In this document: positions 20,710 through 29,770 of the stretch, piece after piece
Position numbering within the stretch: position 1 is the stretch's first letter
How the letters are laid out: every line of letters starts with the position of its first letter
Assembly (NCBI GenBank): GCA_965204535.1
Contig: OZ241996.1
Coordinates: 672,001-736,000 of the forward strand
DNA: 64,000 nucleotides
Direction: 5' to 3'
Origin: a bacterium
Lineage (GTDB): Bacteria > UBA8248
Notes under the pieces: model-generated
Seen by the model: only the letters and a program-made list of their open reading frames with translations
What the model was told of the DNA's origin: nothing
Database searches by the model: none
Position numbers and translations under genes: made by a program

Positions 20710-20829
20710 CGGATTCTCTCCTCAAGATAGTGGATGCAGAATCCCCAGCTTATCGAATCGGGGATGAAAGGGCAAAAAGGCGGACGAAGAACACCCCGCC
20801 GCAGGGGACCGCTGAAAGCGCCCTGATGA

Positions 20830-21670
20830 GGGGTTGTTGAAAAGTCCTCTTTGCCAGGGGATAAAGGACAGCCCCTCCTCGGGGCTGTCCTGCCCCCCCT
20901 ACCCCCCTTGTCAGACTTGTTTGCTATCCAGCAGAGAGGATTCACTCCCCCCCTTGGGGCTGTTGAAAAAGCCCTGATGAACGCGGGTTTTGCGCGACCG
21001 AGGAGGGGCGGTTTTGTAGGGGCCGCATACATGCGGCCCTTGTCTTGTAGTGGGCAAAAAAAAATCAGGGTCGCATATATGCGACCCCTACATACAAACA
21101 AATTTTCCTCTCGGGGGTTTTTCAACAACCTCCCCTTGAGGGGGCTGTTGAAAAAGTCCCTGCACACCCCTCGAATGGCGACTGTAGGGGCGGCCCCCCG
21201 TGGCCGCCCGTCGGTCGTATTCATCCAGATACAGCAAGGGCACGGGGGCCTCGGACAGGCACGGGGGCCTGTCCCTACGGTGAACAATTCGATGATCGGG
21301 ATTTCTTCCCCACCGGAGGGTTTTTCAACAGACCCCTCAAGGGGGGAGTGAATCCTCTCTGCTGAATTGCAAACAAGTTTGAAGGGGGGAGTGAATGTAA
21401 AATTCTCCTCGGTGGAGGGAGCAACCCCCCCTACCCCCCCTGACAAGGGGGGGTAGGGGGGGTTGGTTTTGGGGCGAGGTATCCGTAGGGACAGGTCGCG
21501 ACCTCGGACAGGCACAGGGGCCTGTCCCTACAGAAACCACGTAAATCGCAACGACCCGCAGGGGCGGCTTTCCATCGTCATTCCGGGGTTCGGCGGTACA
21601 TAGAAGGGTCGTCATCCGCATATATGTCGGACATATATGACCGCGCAGGAATGACGGCGGTGGTCGATTC
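20830..21670. repeat. Nested repeat cluster (two TGTTGAAAAA-MITEs inside a ~45-bp inverted repeat; several REP classes)
   Basis: Outer IR at 20911-20955 / 21339-21382; MITEs at 20956-21132 and 21141-21335. Confidence 0.85.
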
Positions 21671-21687
21671 CGACCGAAACGGCTTTT

Positions 21688-21900
21688 CTGGAGTCCGATA
21701 ATTGCTATTATCAGAAAATATAACATCTCTCACGGCCATGTCAAGCGCAATTCCGGGGTCCCCGAAGGGGTTTCGGAGGCCGTTTTGCGTCTTTTTTCGC
21801 TTATATTTCGCTTATTTGCGGCCCGAATGCGCCCCGAATCGGGTTTTTCGGCGGAAAACGGGGTTTCTGGGGGCCGTTAATAGCAATTAGCGGTCACCAG
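21688..21900. promoter_or_regulatory. Candidate invertible promoter switch 1 bounded by inverted dif-like recombination sites
   Basis: Left site GAGTCCGATAA-TTGCTA-TTATCAGAAAA (21691-21718); right site GGGGCCGTTAA-TAGCAA-TTAGCGGTCAC (21870-21897); spacers are reverse complements. Confidence 0.75.
21717..21744 (-). promoter_or_regulatory. Sigma70-type promoter inside switch 1, facing away from the lipoprotein gene
   Basis: Minus strand reads TTGACA-N16-TATATT with TGn extended -10. Confidence 0.7.
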
Positions 21901-22125
21901 GCCGGGAAAGGTGGACGCATACCGCAGGAATCCGCCTCTCGCGGAAAGACTCACCACCGGCCCGGAGCATGAAAGGGTTCAAGTCCGCCGCGTTTCAGGC
22001 GGCTCGAGATACGAATCAGTTTGTGAAGGCCCGAAATGAAAGCTGACGAAAGGAGGTTAATCGGAGAAAGCCGGAAATTCACTGAAGATCCCTTTTTCTA
22101 CTGTGTATTCAGGAGGACTCACTAA

Positions 22126-24831
22126 ATGATGTTCAAAGAGAAATCGATAAACAAGTTCTACGCTTTCGCGCTGGCGGCGCTGTTCGCGCTGACGCTGGCC
22201 GGCTGCGGCGGTGGCGGCGGCGGCAGTGCTGCTGCGCCGGACCCTGACCCGCCAGCGATGCCGACAGCTTATGAGGTGGCGGTTGATGCAATCGCGGCGG
22301 CCGAGACGGCGGAAGCCGCACAGGCGGCGGTCGCCACGGCGGTGGCCGCCGGCATCACAGGCGCGCAGCTCCAGGACCTGAACACGAAGGTCGCCGCGCG
22401 CGTGGCGGCCCTGGCCATGATGGCTCGGGTCGATGCGCAGAAAATGGCGATGATGGCCGCGGCCGGCAATGTCGACACGTCCGACCTGTCGGACGCGGAT
22501 GCCATCGCCGCCGCGAAAACCGCCATCGCCGCGCTCAAGGCGGCGATCGCCGCCGCGGCCGACGTCGACGACACGTCGATGTACGACGCGCAGGTGACAG
22601 CCGCCGAGACAGCCGTGGCGGCCGCGCAGAGCGCTCTCGACCATGCGGCCCAGACGATGGCGCTCACGAGTGCCGTCGAGGCCCTCCAGGCAATCGACCT
22701 GACCGACCTGTCGACGCAGGAGAAGATCGACGCCGCCCAGGGCGCCATCGACGCGCTTCAGACGGCGCTGGATGACGCGACGGAGCTGAGCGCCGCCGAG
22801 AAGACCGAGGCCATGACCGAACTGGGGACCGCCGATCGGACCGTGATGACCGCGCAGGGCAGGTACGACACCGCAGCCCAGAAGAAGGCGCTCGCCGATG
22901 CCGTTGCCGCCCTTGCCGCTCTCAACCTCGACAACCTGATGACGCAGGCGCAGATCGACGCGGCCGTGGCAGCCATCACCGGGGTTGATCTGGCTCTGGA
23001 GTCGGCGACCAATCTGACCGACGCCGAGAAGCTCGACGCCACCGTCGACGTGACGGTGGCCCAGCGGAAGGTGGACCGTGCGGAGACGGCTCTCGCCGAG
23101 AATGTCGGCCGGCAGCGCACGGCGCTGACGGAAGCCGGCACGGCCCTTGCCGACATCGACCTCGACGATCTGGACACGCAGGAAAAGATCGACGCGGCCG
23201 ATGCTGCCGTTGACGCGCTCAAGACGGCGCTGGCTGCGGCGACCCACCTGAGCGATTCCGAAAAGGCCACGTACCAGACCCAACTGGAGGCGGCCACGGA
23301 GACCGTGGGGGTGGCGCAGACCGGCATGGACCGCGACGGTCGCATGACGGCCCAGCGTACGGCGATCACGAGTGCCGTCACGATGGCCCGCACTGCGGTC
23401 GCGGGTGTGAGCGACGACTCGACCGATAGCGAGGTTGCTGCTGCGGACGCGGCGGTTGCCGCTCTCAAGAAGGCGATCGACGATGCGGTAGACCTTCCCG
23501 ACGGTGATACCGACGTTGCCAGCGCCAAGGGAACGCTCGCCACGCTCGAGCCGCAGCTGGCCGCTGCCAAGACGTCCCGCACGGCGGCGATGGCCGCTAA
23601 GCAAAAGGACGCGGACGCGGCCAATGCGAAACTCGGCAAGGATCTGCACGCGGCGCTGGGAGGGCCCGAAGCGGGTGGTAACGCGCTGGCCAACATTGAC
23701 GCTACCGCACTTGCCCTTTCGGCGGCAGGCCTCGTGATTGATGCCCCTGCAGGCGCGGGGAGTCTCGGAGCCACCGTTGACCCTGCTTCCGCAACACTCA
23801 AGGCCGGCGACCCCGCCGGAGCGTTGGGCGGCTGGTCGGGCATGGACTTTGCCCTTACCTCGGGTACTGGCACCTCGAGGGTCACCAACGAAGCCAGGGT
23901 CTACACGAACCAGGGTCCCGCAGACACGGAACCGTTCAGCGAGGCACATACTCTTATAGCGGCAGGCAGTCCAAATGCTGGTTCGTTGGAAGTAACCACC
24001 GCCAACATCGGTCTAGTCAGGGCAGATGCCTTCACGCACTCGGGAGAGCAAAATCACCCTGTACCCTCCAGGAGTACTGCAGTATTCGTCCGTGGAACGT
24101 ATGACGGTGCGCCAGGAGAATACAGTTGCCCATCCAGTTGCTCATCGACGAATGATGGTAGTGGCGCCCCGAGCGAGTTGGGCGGAACCTGGCATTTCAA
24201 GCCCGACGCGGGCGCGATGGTGTCCCGGCCCGATGCCCACTACCTGTACTTCGGCTGGTGGGTGAGCAAGGACAGTGACGGCAAGCCGACGGCGGCGAGT
24301 GCGTTCGCGAGTAGAGTTGGTACCGACCCCGGTAATAGCACTGATGGTCTCGACAATGCCGGAGACCTGACCGCAATAACCGGCTCGGCGACCTATGCCG
24401 GAAACGCCGTTGGAAAGTTCGCCATGGACAATCCGCTTGATGGCACGGGCAACGGCGGCCACTTCACGGCGGACGCCGAACTGACCGCCACGTTCAGTGG
24501 CACTAACCCCGGCGTGACCGGCACGATTGACAACTTCCGGCTGAACGACGGGTCCGAGGATCCGGGCTGGAGCGTGTCACTGGCCCGCGGTGCCTTGGGC
24601 ACTGCAGACGGATCAATCACGGCTCCTACGAATGACCCCACTGTCTGGTCGATCAACGGCAACAAGGCGCCGGCGTCCGGCACGTGGAGCGGCACCATGT
24701 ACGACGAAATGCCCGGAAACGCCCCGGACGGAGACGGCAGCAACATCCCGACCACGGTGACCGGAACCTTCTATTCCGAGTTCAGCACCATCGGCCGCAT
24801 GGTCGGTGCGTTCGGCGCGGAGAAGCAGTAG
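22126..24831 (+). CDS. Large surface lipoprotein: Ala-rich helical repeats plus C-terminal TbpB-like beta-barrel region
   Basis: AGGAGG RBS; lipobox LAGC followed by poly-Gly; C-terminus GSATYAG.AVGKFA...FTADAELTATF...VGAFGAEKQ. Confidence 0.85.
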   Translation: MMFKEKSINKFYAFALAALFALTLAGCGGGGGGSAAAPDPDPPAMPTAYEVAVDAIAAAETAEAAQAAVATAVAAGITGAQLQDLNTKVAARVAALAMMARVDAQKMAMMAAAGNVDTSDLSDADAIAAAKTAIAALKAAIAAAADVDDTSMYDAQVTAAETAVAAAQSALDHAAQTMALTSAVEALQAIDLTDLSTQEKIDAAQGAIDALQTALDDATELSAAEKTEAMTELGTADRTVMTAQGRYDTAAQKKALADAVAALAALNLDNLMTQAQIDAAVAAITGVDLALESATNLTDAEKLDATVDVTVAQRKVDRAETALAENVGRQRTALTEAGTALADIDLDDLDTQEKIDAADAAVDALKTALAAATHLSDSEKATYQTQLEAATETVGVAQTGMDRDGRMTAQRTAITSAVTMARTAVAGVSDDSTDSEVAAADAAVAALKKAIDDAVDLPDGDTDVASAKGTLATLEPQLAAAKTSRTAAMAAKQKDADAANAKLGKDLHAALGGPEAGGNALANIDATALALSAAGLVIDAPAGAGSLGATVDPASATLKAGDPAGALGGWSGMDFALTSGTGTSRVTNEARVYTNQGPADTEPFSEAHTLIAAGSPNAGSLEVTTANIGLVRADAFTHSGEQNHPVPSRSTAVFVRGTYDGAPGEYSCPSSCSSTNDGSGAPSELGGTWHFKPDAGAMVSRPDAHYLYFGWWVSKDSDGKPTAASAFASRVGTDPGNSTDGLDNAGDLTAITGSATYAGNAVGKFAMDNPLDGTGNGGHFTADAELTATFSGTNPGVTGTIDNFRLNDGSEDPGWSVSLARGALGTADGSITAPTNDPTVWSINGNKAPASGTWSGTMYDEMPGNAPDGDGSNIPTTVTGTFYSEFSTIGRMVGAFGAEKQ

Positions 24832-25134
24832 CAGCGAAGAGCAATGACGCCTTTCGCCTCGGGGCTTCACGGCCCCGGGGCCCAAGGCGATATGAGGAGA
24901 GCGAAAAGGGGGTTGCCCGTTGGTTGCTTCTCTCGTGAGAGCAAATTGTACCGCTCCCTGCTGTGAGTTTGAGTCCTCGAGCCGGGAACGGGAACAACGG
25001 GCGGCCCCTGTTTTCGCTTCATGCAGAAAGGCCGGCGCCCCGCTCGGCCGGGCCCCGGACCTCAGGGATTGTGTCGCGGCAACTCCCGCCTTCCGCCGGC
25101 CCTTCGCGGGGTGTCGGCCTTTTTTTCTTGAAAG

Positions 25135-26960
25135 GACAGCCCCTCCTCATCAGGGGATAAAAACAACCCCCCCTACCCCCCCTTGTCAGGGGGGTAAAAA
25201 CAAAAACCCCCCTGAAGCAGTGGGTGTACGATGGTTTTGTAGGTCGGACATATATGTCCGACATATATGCGACCCTGGTTTTTTCCCATTCCAACAATGG
25301 GCCGCATATATGCGGCCCCTACAACAACCGTCCCCTCCCTAATCGCGTGAGACCCTCTTTCATCGGAGCTTTTTCATACCCCCCTGTCAAGGGGGGGTAG
25401 GGGGGGTTATTCCCTCCACCAGGGAGAATCCTAAATTCACTCCCCCTTTCAGACTTGTTTGCTATTCAGCAGAGAGGATTCACTCCCCCCTTGAGGGGTT
25501 GTCCCCTCCTGCCGAAGTGAAAGAATCAACTCCCCCCTTGAGGGTCTGGCTTCCCGAGGGGAAAGCCAGACGAGGAAGCCGAACCGACAGGTGAAGGCTG
25601 ACTCGGTGGGGGGAGTTTTTGTCTGTGGCATGTCCCCCCACCACATCGGCCTTCGCATAAACCGCTCGGCCTCTGTCTGGCTTCCCGAGGGGAAAGCCCG
25701 ACCCCCTCAAGGGGGGAGTGAATATAAAATTCTTCTCGGTGGAATAAGACCCCCCCGACAAGGGGTTGTTGAAAAACCCTGCAATGACGGCAACGAGATT
25801 CCGGCCTGCCGAAGGGAGTGTAGGGGCCGCATATATGCGGCCCGGCGTTGGAAGGCAAAAAGGCCGGGTCGCATGTATGCGACCCCTACACACAAACAAA
25901 TTTTCCCTCGGCGAGGGGCTTTTTCAACAGACCCCGACAAGGGGGGTTACTGCCTTGCCGAAGGGAGTGTAGGTCGGACATATATATCCGACCTACACTC
26001 CGCCTCGTTCTTTCCGAGCAATCGGGCGGACACGTCGGTCCCGGACAACCACGGGGGGTTGTCCCTACGCCCCCGCGGACCCGTAGGGACAGGCCCCCGT
26101 GCCTGTCCGTGGCCCTCGCGCCTTTCCTGTATCGGGGTGAATACGACCGACGGGCGGCCACGGGGGGCCGCCCCTACAACTGCGGCGCGTAATCGCTGTA
26201 GGGACAGGTCGCGACCTGTCCCTACGGGGTGTCGCTTCCCCGGTCGGTTCGATTGCCCTCTCACTTGTTGAAAGGCAACCCCCCCTACCCCCCCTTGACA
26301 GGGGGGTAAGAAAGACCTCTCCCCCGACAAAAAAGGATCAACTCCCCCCTTGAGGGGGGAGTGAACATCAAAGGCGCGCGCTCAACCAAAATCGCTCCAC
26401 GGGGCTGTTGAAGAACCCCTATCCGCCTCATCCTGAGTAGCGGCCCCTCGACTTCGCTCGGGACAGGCTCCGCCGTTGCCCGACACCCCTCATCCTGAGT
26501 AGGCGCGTAAGCGCCGTATCAAAGGTCAAATGCGATTGATGAATGAGCGTTTGCTCTCGCCCAGCGCGAGGCGTTCGACTCCCCTCGCCCTTCGATACAA
26601 ACGCTCCTTTCTCAGTCGCGTCTGACCTTCGGCGGCTACTCAGGGTGAGGAATGAGGCGTTGGCGGTTTGCGGGGGTTACAGACGGGGCCTTTTCATACC
26701 CCCCTGTCAAGGGGGGGTAGGGGGGGTTGGTTTTCCCGTAGGGGCGGCCCCCCGTGGCCGCCCGCATCGAAGATATCCATTCCCGTGGTTGTCCTTCGTC
26801 AGGACAGGCACGGGGGCCTCGGACAGGCACGGGGGCCTCGGACAGGCACGGGGGCCTGTCCCTACTACGGATGCGATTCGGTTTTGTTCGTCATTCCGTC
26901 TTTCGCCGGAATGACGGGTGTTGTGATCTCTCCGGAAGGGTGTCGTAGGGGAGGCTTTCA
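25135..26960. repeat. ~1.8-kb non-coding mosaic of REP-like palindromes and MITEs
   Basis: At least five palindrome families; MITE 25762-25934 flanked by CGACAA direct repeats. Confidence 0.88.
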
Positions 26961-27397
26961 GGCCGGGAGCGCATTTGCCCGCATTTGGCGTTACCGGGCA
27001 TGCGTCCGCGCGGGGCAGGATGGGGCGCGCGAATCGGGAGGAGTTCCGTATGGATATGGGCCGGATGTATCTGGAAAGAGGAAAGCGAACGGGCCCGGCG
27101 TTTTCCGCGCGAGGGGCATTCCTGAAAAATGCGAGAAATATCGATAAATTAACGGGGTTTTCCCGTAAATTTCCGACTATGCAAATGGTTGTAATCAAAG
27201 GGGTTGTCATATGAATCTGAGCGTCCCGCACTCAGATATGGCGCAAAAAAAAAGTTTTCCGGCGCCCCCGCATTTGCCCGCAACTGCCCGCGTTTCCCCG
27301 CGCGGCGAACCCGTCCGCCCGGGCCGCCCGGCCCCGAATCGGGGCGGTTCGGCACCCCGCGGGAGCGGGCGTCCGGTTCATACGGGCGAGGCGAAGA

Positions 27398-28030
27398 CTA
27401 GCCCTCTTCTTTCTCCTTCTCGATTCGTTCCTGCTTCACGCGCGCCACCTCGGCCTTGACGTCGTCGATGACGTCTTTGCCCCAGAAGAGCTTCCCCTCC
27501 ACCACGAACGTGGGGATGCCGTAAATACCCAGTCCTTTTCCCTGGGCGCGCTGGCTGTGCAGCGCGCCGATGTAGCGGCCCTCGGCGATGACGGCCTTGA
27601 TTTCCTCTCCGTCGAGGCCGACATCCTCACCGAGCCCGGCGATGACGTCCATATCCTCCAGGTTCAGGTCGTCCTCCCAGCGGGCCTTGTAGCAGCGATC
27701 ACGGAATTCCCTGAACTTCCCCTTGTCGCGGGCGTAATAGGTGGCCATGTGGAGGTTGGTGGTGCGGTAGTCGCCTCCCGCCACCCGGATGGGCACGTTG
27801 TACTTCTCGGCGAGAGGTTTGTGGTTATTCTCGTAGCTTTCCTGTTTCTGCTCGGGCGAGTAGCCGGCGAACTCCTGGCCGGGCGGTCTCCCCTCCCAGC
27901 TGACCCACTCGACGACGACGTCGGGGTCTTCTTCAATCACGGGCGTGCCACCCACGGTGGCGACATAGCAAAAAGGTCATGTGTAATCCGAGTATTTCAC
28001 CACTACGATCGGCTCTTTCAACTCACTCAT
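27398..28030 (-). CDS. DsbA/FrnE-family thiol-disulfide oxidoreductase, probable selenoprotein (U18, UPFC)
   Basis: GGAGG RBS; MSELKEPIVVVKYSDYT-UGA-PFCYV is in frame with the downstream ORF; GIYGIPTF cis-Pro motif; hairpin after the UGA. Confidence 0.85.
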
Positions 28031-28104
28031 GGCGTTGCCTCCGTCTGGTTTTTGTCGAACTCTGCAATATCCGGTGAATATCAGAATGGCAGCAATTTTC
28101 TGGT

Positions 28105-29541
28105 TTATACCACTTCGGCGCGGTCGTGGTCGATGGTGTCATGCCCTCCGGGGTCGACCCACACCCCCATCTCCCGGAGTTCAGCGATCGCCTGTGCGAT
28201 TTCCTCCTCGTTTCCGTCGAATTCGCAAACCTGCCACCCTGATTGGGCGTCCAGCTCGCTCCTCATGATGTTGATGGCAAACGAGTATTTTCTGCCGATC
28301 TCCCACAAGATAGGTTTCTGCACGAGATGACCCGGCACAGAGAGAACCAGCCGCTTGCAGCCCCGGGGTATGGGGGTTGCGTTGATGCCGACCGGGCCGC
28401 CGTTTTCGAGCCTTTCGAGAAAGCCACCGACGATTTCGGTGAGCTTGTCGTATTGCACGAGAAAAGCATCGTGCCCGTAGGTGGACTCCACCGTGTGCAA
28501 TTCCACTTCACGCCTGAGTTTCTGGAGAATCTGGGCGATCTCCATGCTTCTCTCCGGCGGGAAGAGCCAGTCGGATATGAAGCATACGAGCAGGCATTTG
28601 GTTTTCAGCCGGGACAGCGACGCCTCGAGGCTCTCGAAGCCCAGGGAAGCGTCGTACAGGTCCATCATGCGGGAGATATACAGATACGAATTCGCGTCGA
28701 AACGATCGACGAATTTGTCTCCCTGGTGATCGAGATAGCTCTCCACCTCGAACCGCGAGGCGATGTCCTCCAGCATTTTGTCCTTATCCCTGATCTCGCG
28801 GCCGAATTTCTCCCACATGATTCCTCGGCTCAGATAGGTGATGTGGGCCAGCATGCGCGCCGCGCTCAGGCCCTTGCGTGGCCCCTGGCCGGCGGCGTAA
28901 TCGCCGTCTTTCCAGTCGCCGTCCGCCGTGATGGCCCTCCGGGCGATTTTGTCCCATGCGATGCCCATCGGGTCCAGGCGGGCGGCTCCCGCGACCGGGA
29001 TGACGGAGTCGCAAAAATCGCCGTAGCGCAGTCCCCATTCGAGGGTCTGCATCCCGGCGAGCGAGCCGCCGATGACCGTTTTGAGGCGTTTTACGCCCAG
29101 ATGGTCGAGAAGCAGCTTGTGGACGCGAACGGTGTCCTCCACCGTGGTGACGGGAAAGCCGGTGTTGTAAGCTCTGCCCGTAGCGGGATTGATCGAAGCG
29201 GGCCCCGTGGTGCCGGAGCATCCTCCCAGGTTGTTCGAGGAGACGACGAAGTATTTTCGGGTATCGATGGCCTTTCCGGGGCCGATCATCGGGTCCCACC
29301 AGCCCGGACGCGGGTCGTCCGGACTGTGGAAGCCGGCTGCGTGCGCGTCGCCCGTAAGCGCGTGGATGACCAAAACGGCGTTGTCGGCGCCGGGCGAGAG
29401 TTCGCCGTATGTTTCATAGGCAATCTGGACTTCGGGTAATGTTTCGCCGGAATCGGTCCGGAACGGATCGGGCAGGGTGATGGTGCGTGTTTTCGTCAGA
29501 CCGACTGAACCGGGATCCTGCGGGGAATTTTCTCGATTCAT
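28105..29541 (-). CDS. metX: Homoserine O-acetyltransferase with C-terminal NIL-like domain
   Basis: HALTGDAH, GWWDPMIGPGKAIDT, GGSLAGMQ, RFDANSY, GHDAFL; ~80-aa NIL-like tail. Confidence 0.9.
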   Translation of the reverse strand: MNRENSPQDPGSVGLTKTRTITLPDPFRTDSGETLPEVQIAYETYGELSPGADNAVLVIHALTGDAHAAGFHSPDDPRPGWWDPMIGPGKAIDTRKYFVVSSNNLGGCSGTTGPASINPATGRAYNTGFPVTTVEDTVRVHKLLLDHLGVKRLKTVIGGSLAGMQTLEWGLRYGDFCDSVIPVAGAARLDPMGIAWDKIARRAITADGDWKDGDYAAGQGPRKGLSAARMLAHITYLSRGIMWEKFGREIRDKDKMLEDIASRFEVESYLDHQGDKFVDRFDANSYLYISRMMDLYDASLGFESLEASLSRLKTKCLLVCFISDWLFPPERSMEIAQILQKLRREVELHTVESTYGHDAFLVQYDKLTEIVGGFLERLENGGPVGINATPIPRGCKRLVLSVPGHLVQKPILWEIGRKYSFAINIMRSELDAQSGWQVCEFDGNEEEIAQAIAELREMGVWVDPGGHDTIDHDRAEVV

Positions 29542-29770
29542 GATTTGGCGCGATTTCCTTATTTCCAGGACAAGAATATATACTGATTTGTAGCAAAATT
29601 ATGTGTTTTGGCGCGCTTGTTCAAGTGGTTGTTGCATTTGCTTGTTTTTTCTTGTTTGCCGCCATGGTGGTTGTTACATTTTCTACAGGCGAAATAAAAT
29701 ACTTCCGGGTCATGGAGTTGGAGATTCAACGGATTGAGAATGTATACTCCACCGTTTTTTGGTGTCTCAA

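Noticed and set aside
21691-21718. Chromosomal dif site
   Set aside because: Only partial similarity to canonical XerC/XerD arms, and it occurs as inverted pairs at two loci, which fits inversion sites better
20685-21726. ORFs over repeat clusters (e.g. 20685-21515, 25591-26271, 504-794)
   Set aside because: They are translations of palindromic repeats, giving the same peptides on both strands, with no RBS or domain signal
21895-21935. c-di-GMP-I riboswitch-like GAAA...GGACGCA in the lipoprotein leader
   Set aside because: Lacks the GGCAAA element, and the homologous copy at 58662 lacks the GAAA loop
22057-23949. Long antisense ORFs (also 12991-14949, 7820-9337)
   Set aside because: Typical antisense shadows of GC-rich genes, with no recognisable domains
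25135-26960. Possible CRISPR array in the repeat-dense regions
   Set aside because: Repeats are of mixed families and orientations with irregular spacing, there is no constant repeat-spacer period, and no cas genes are present
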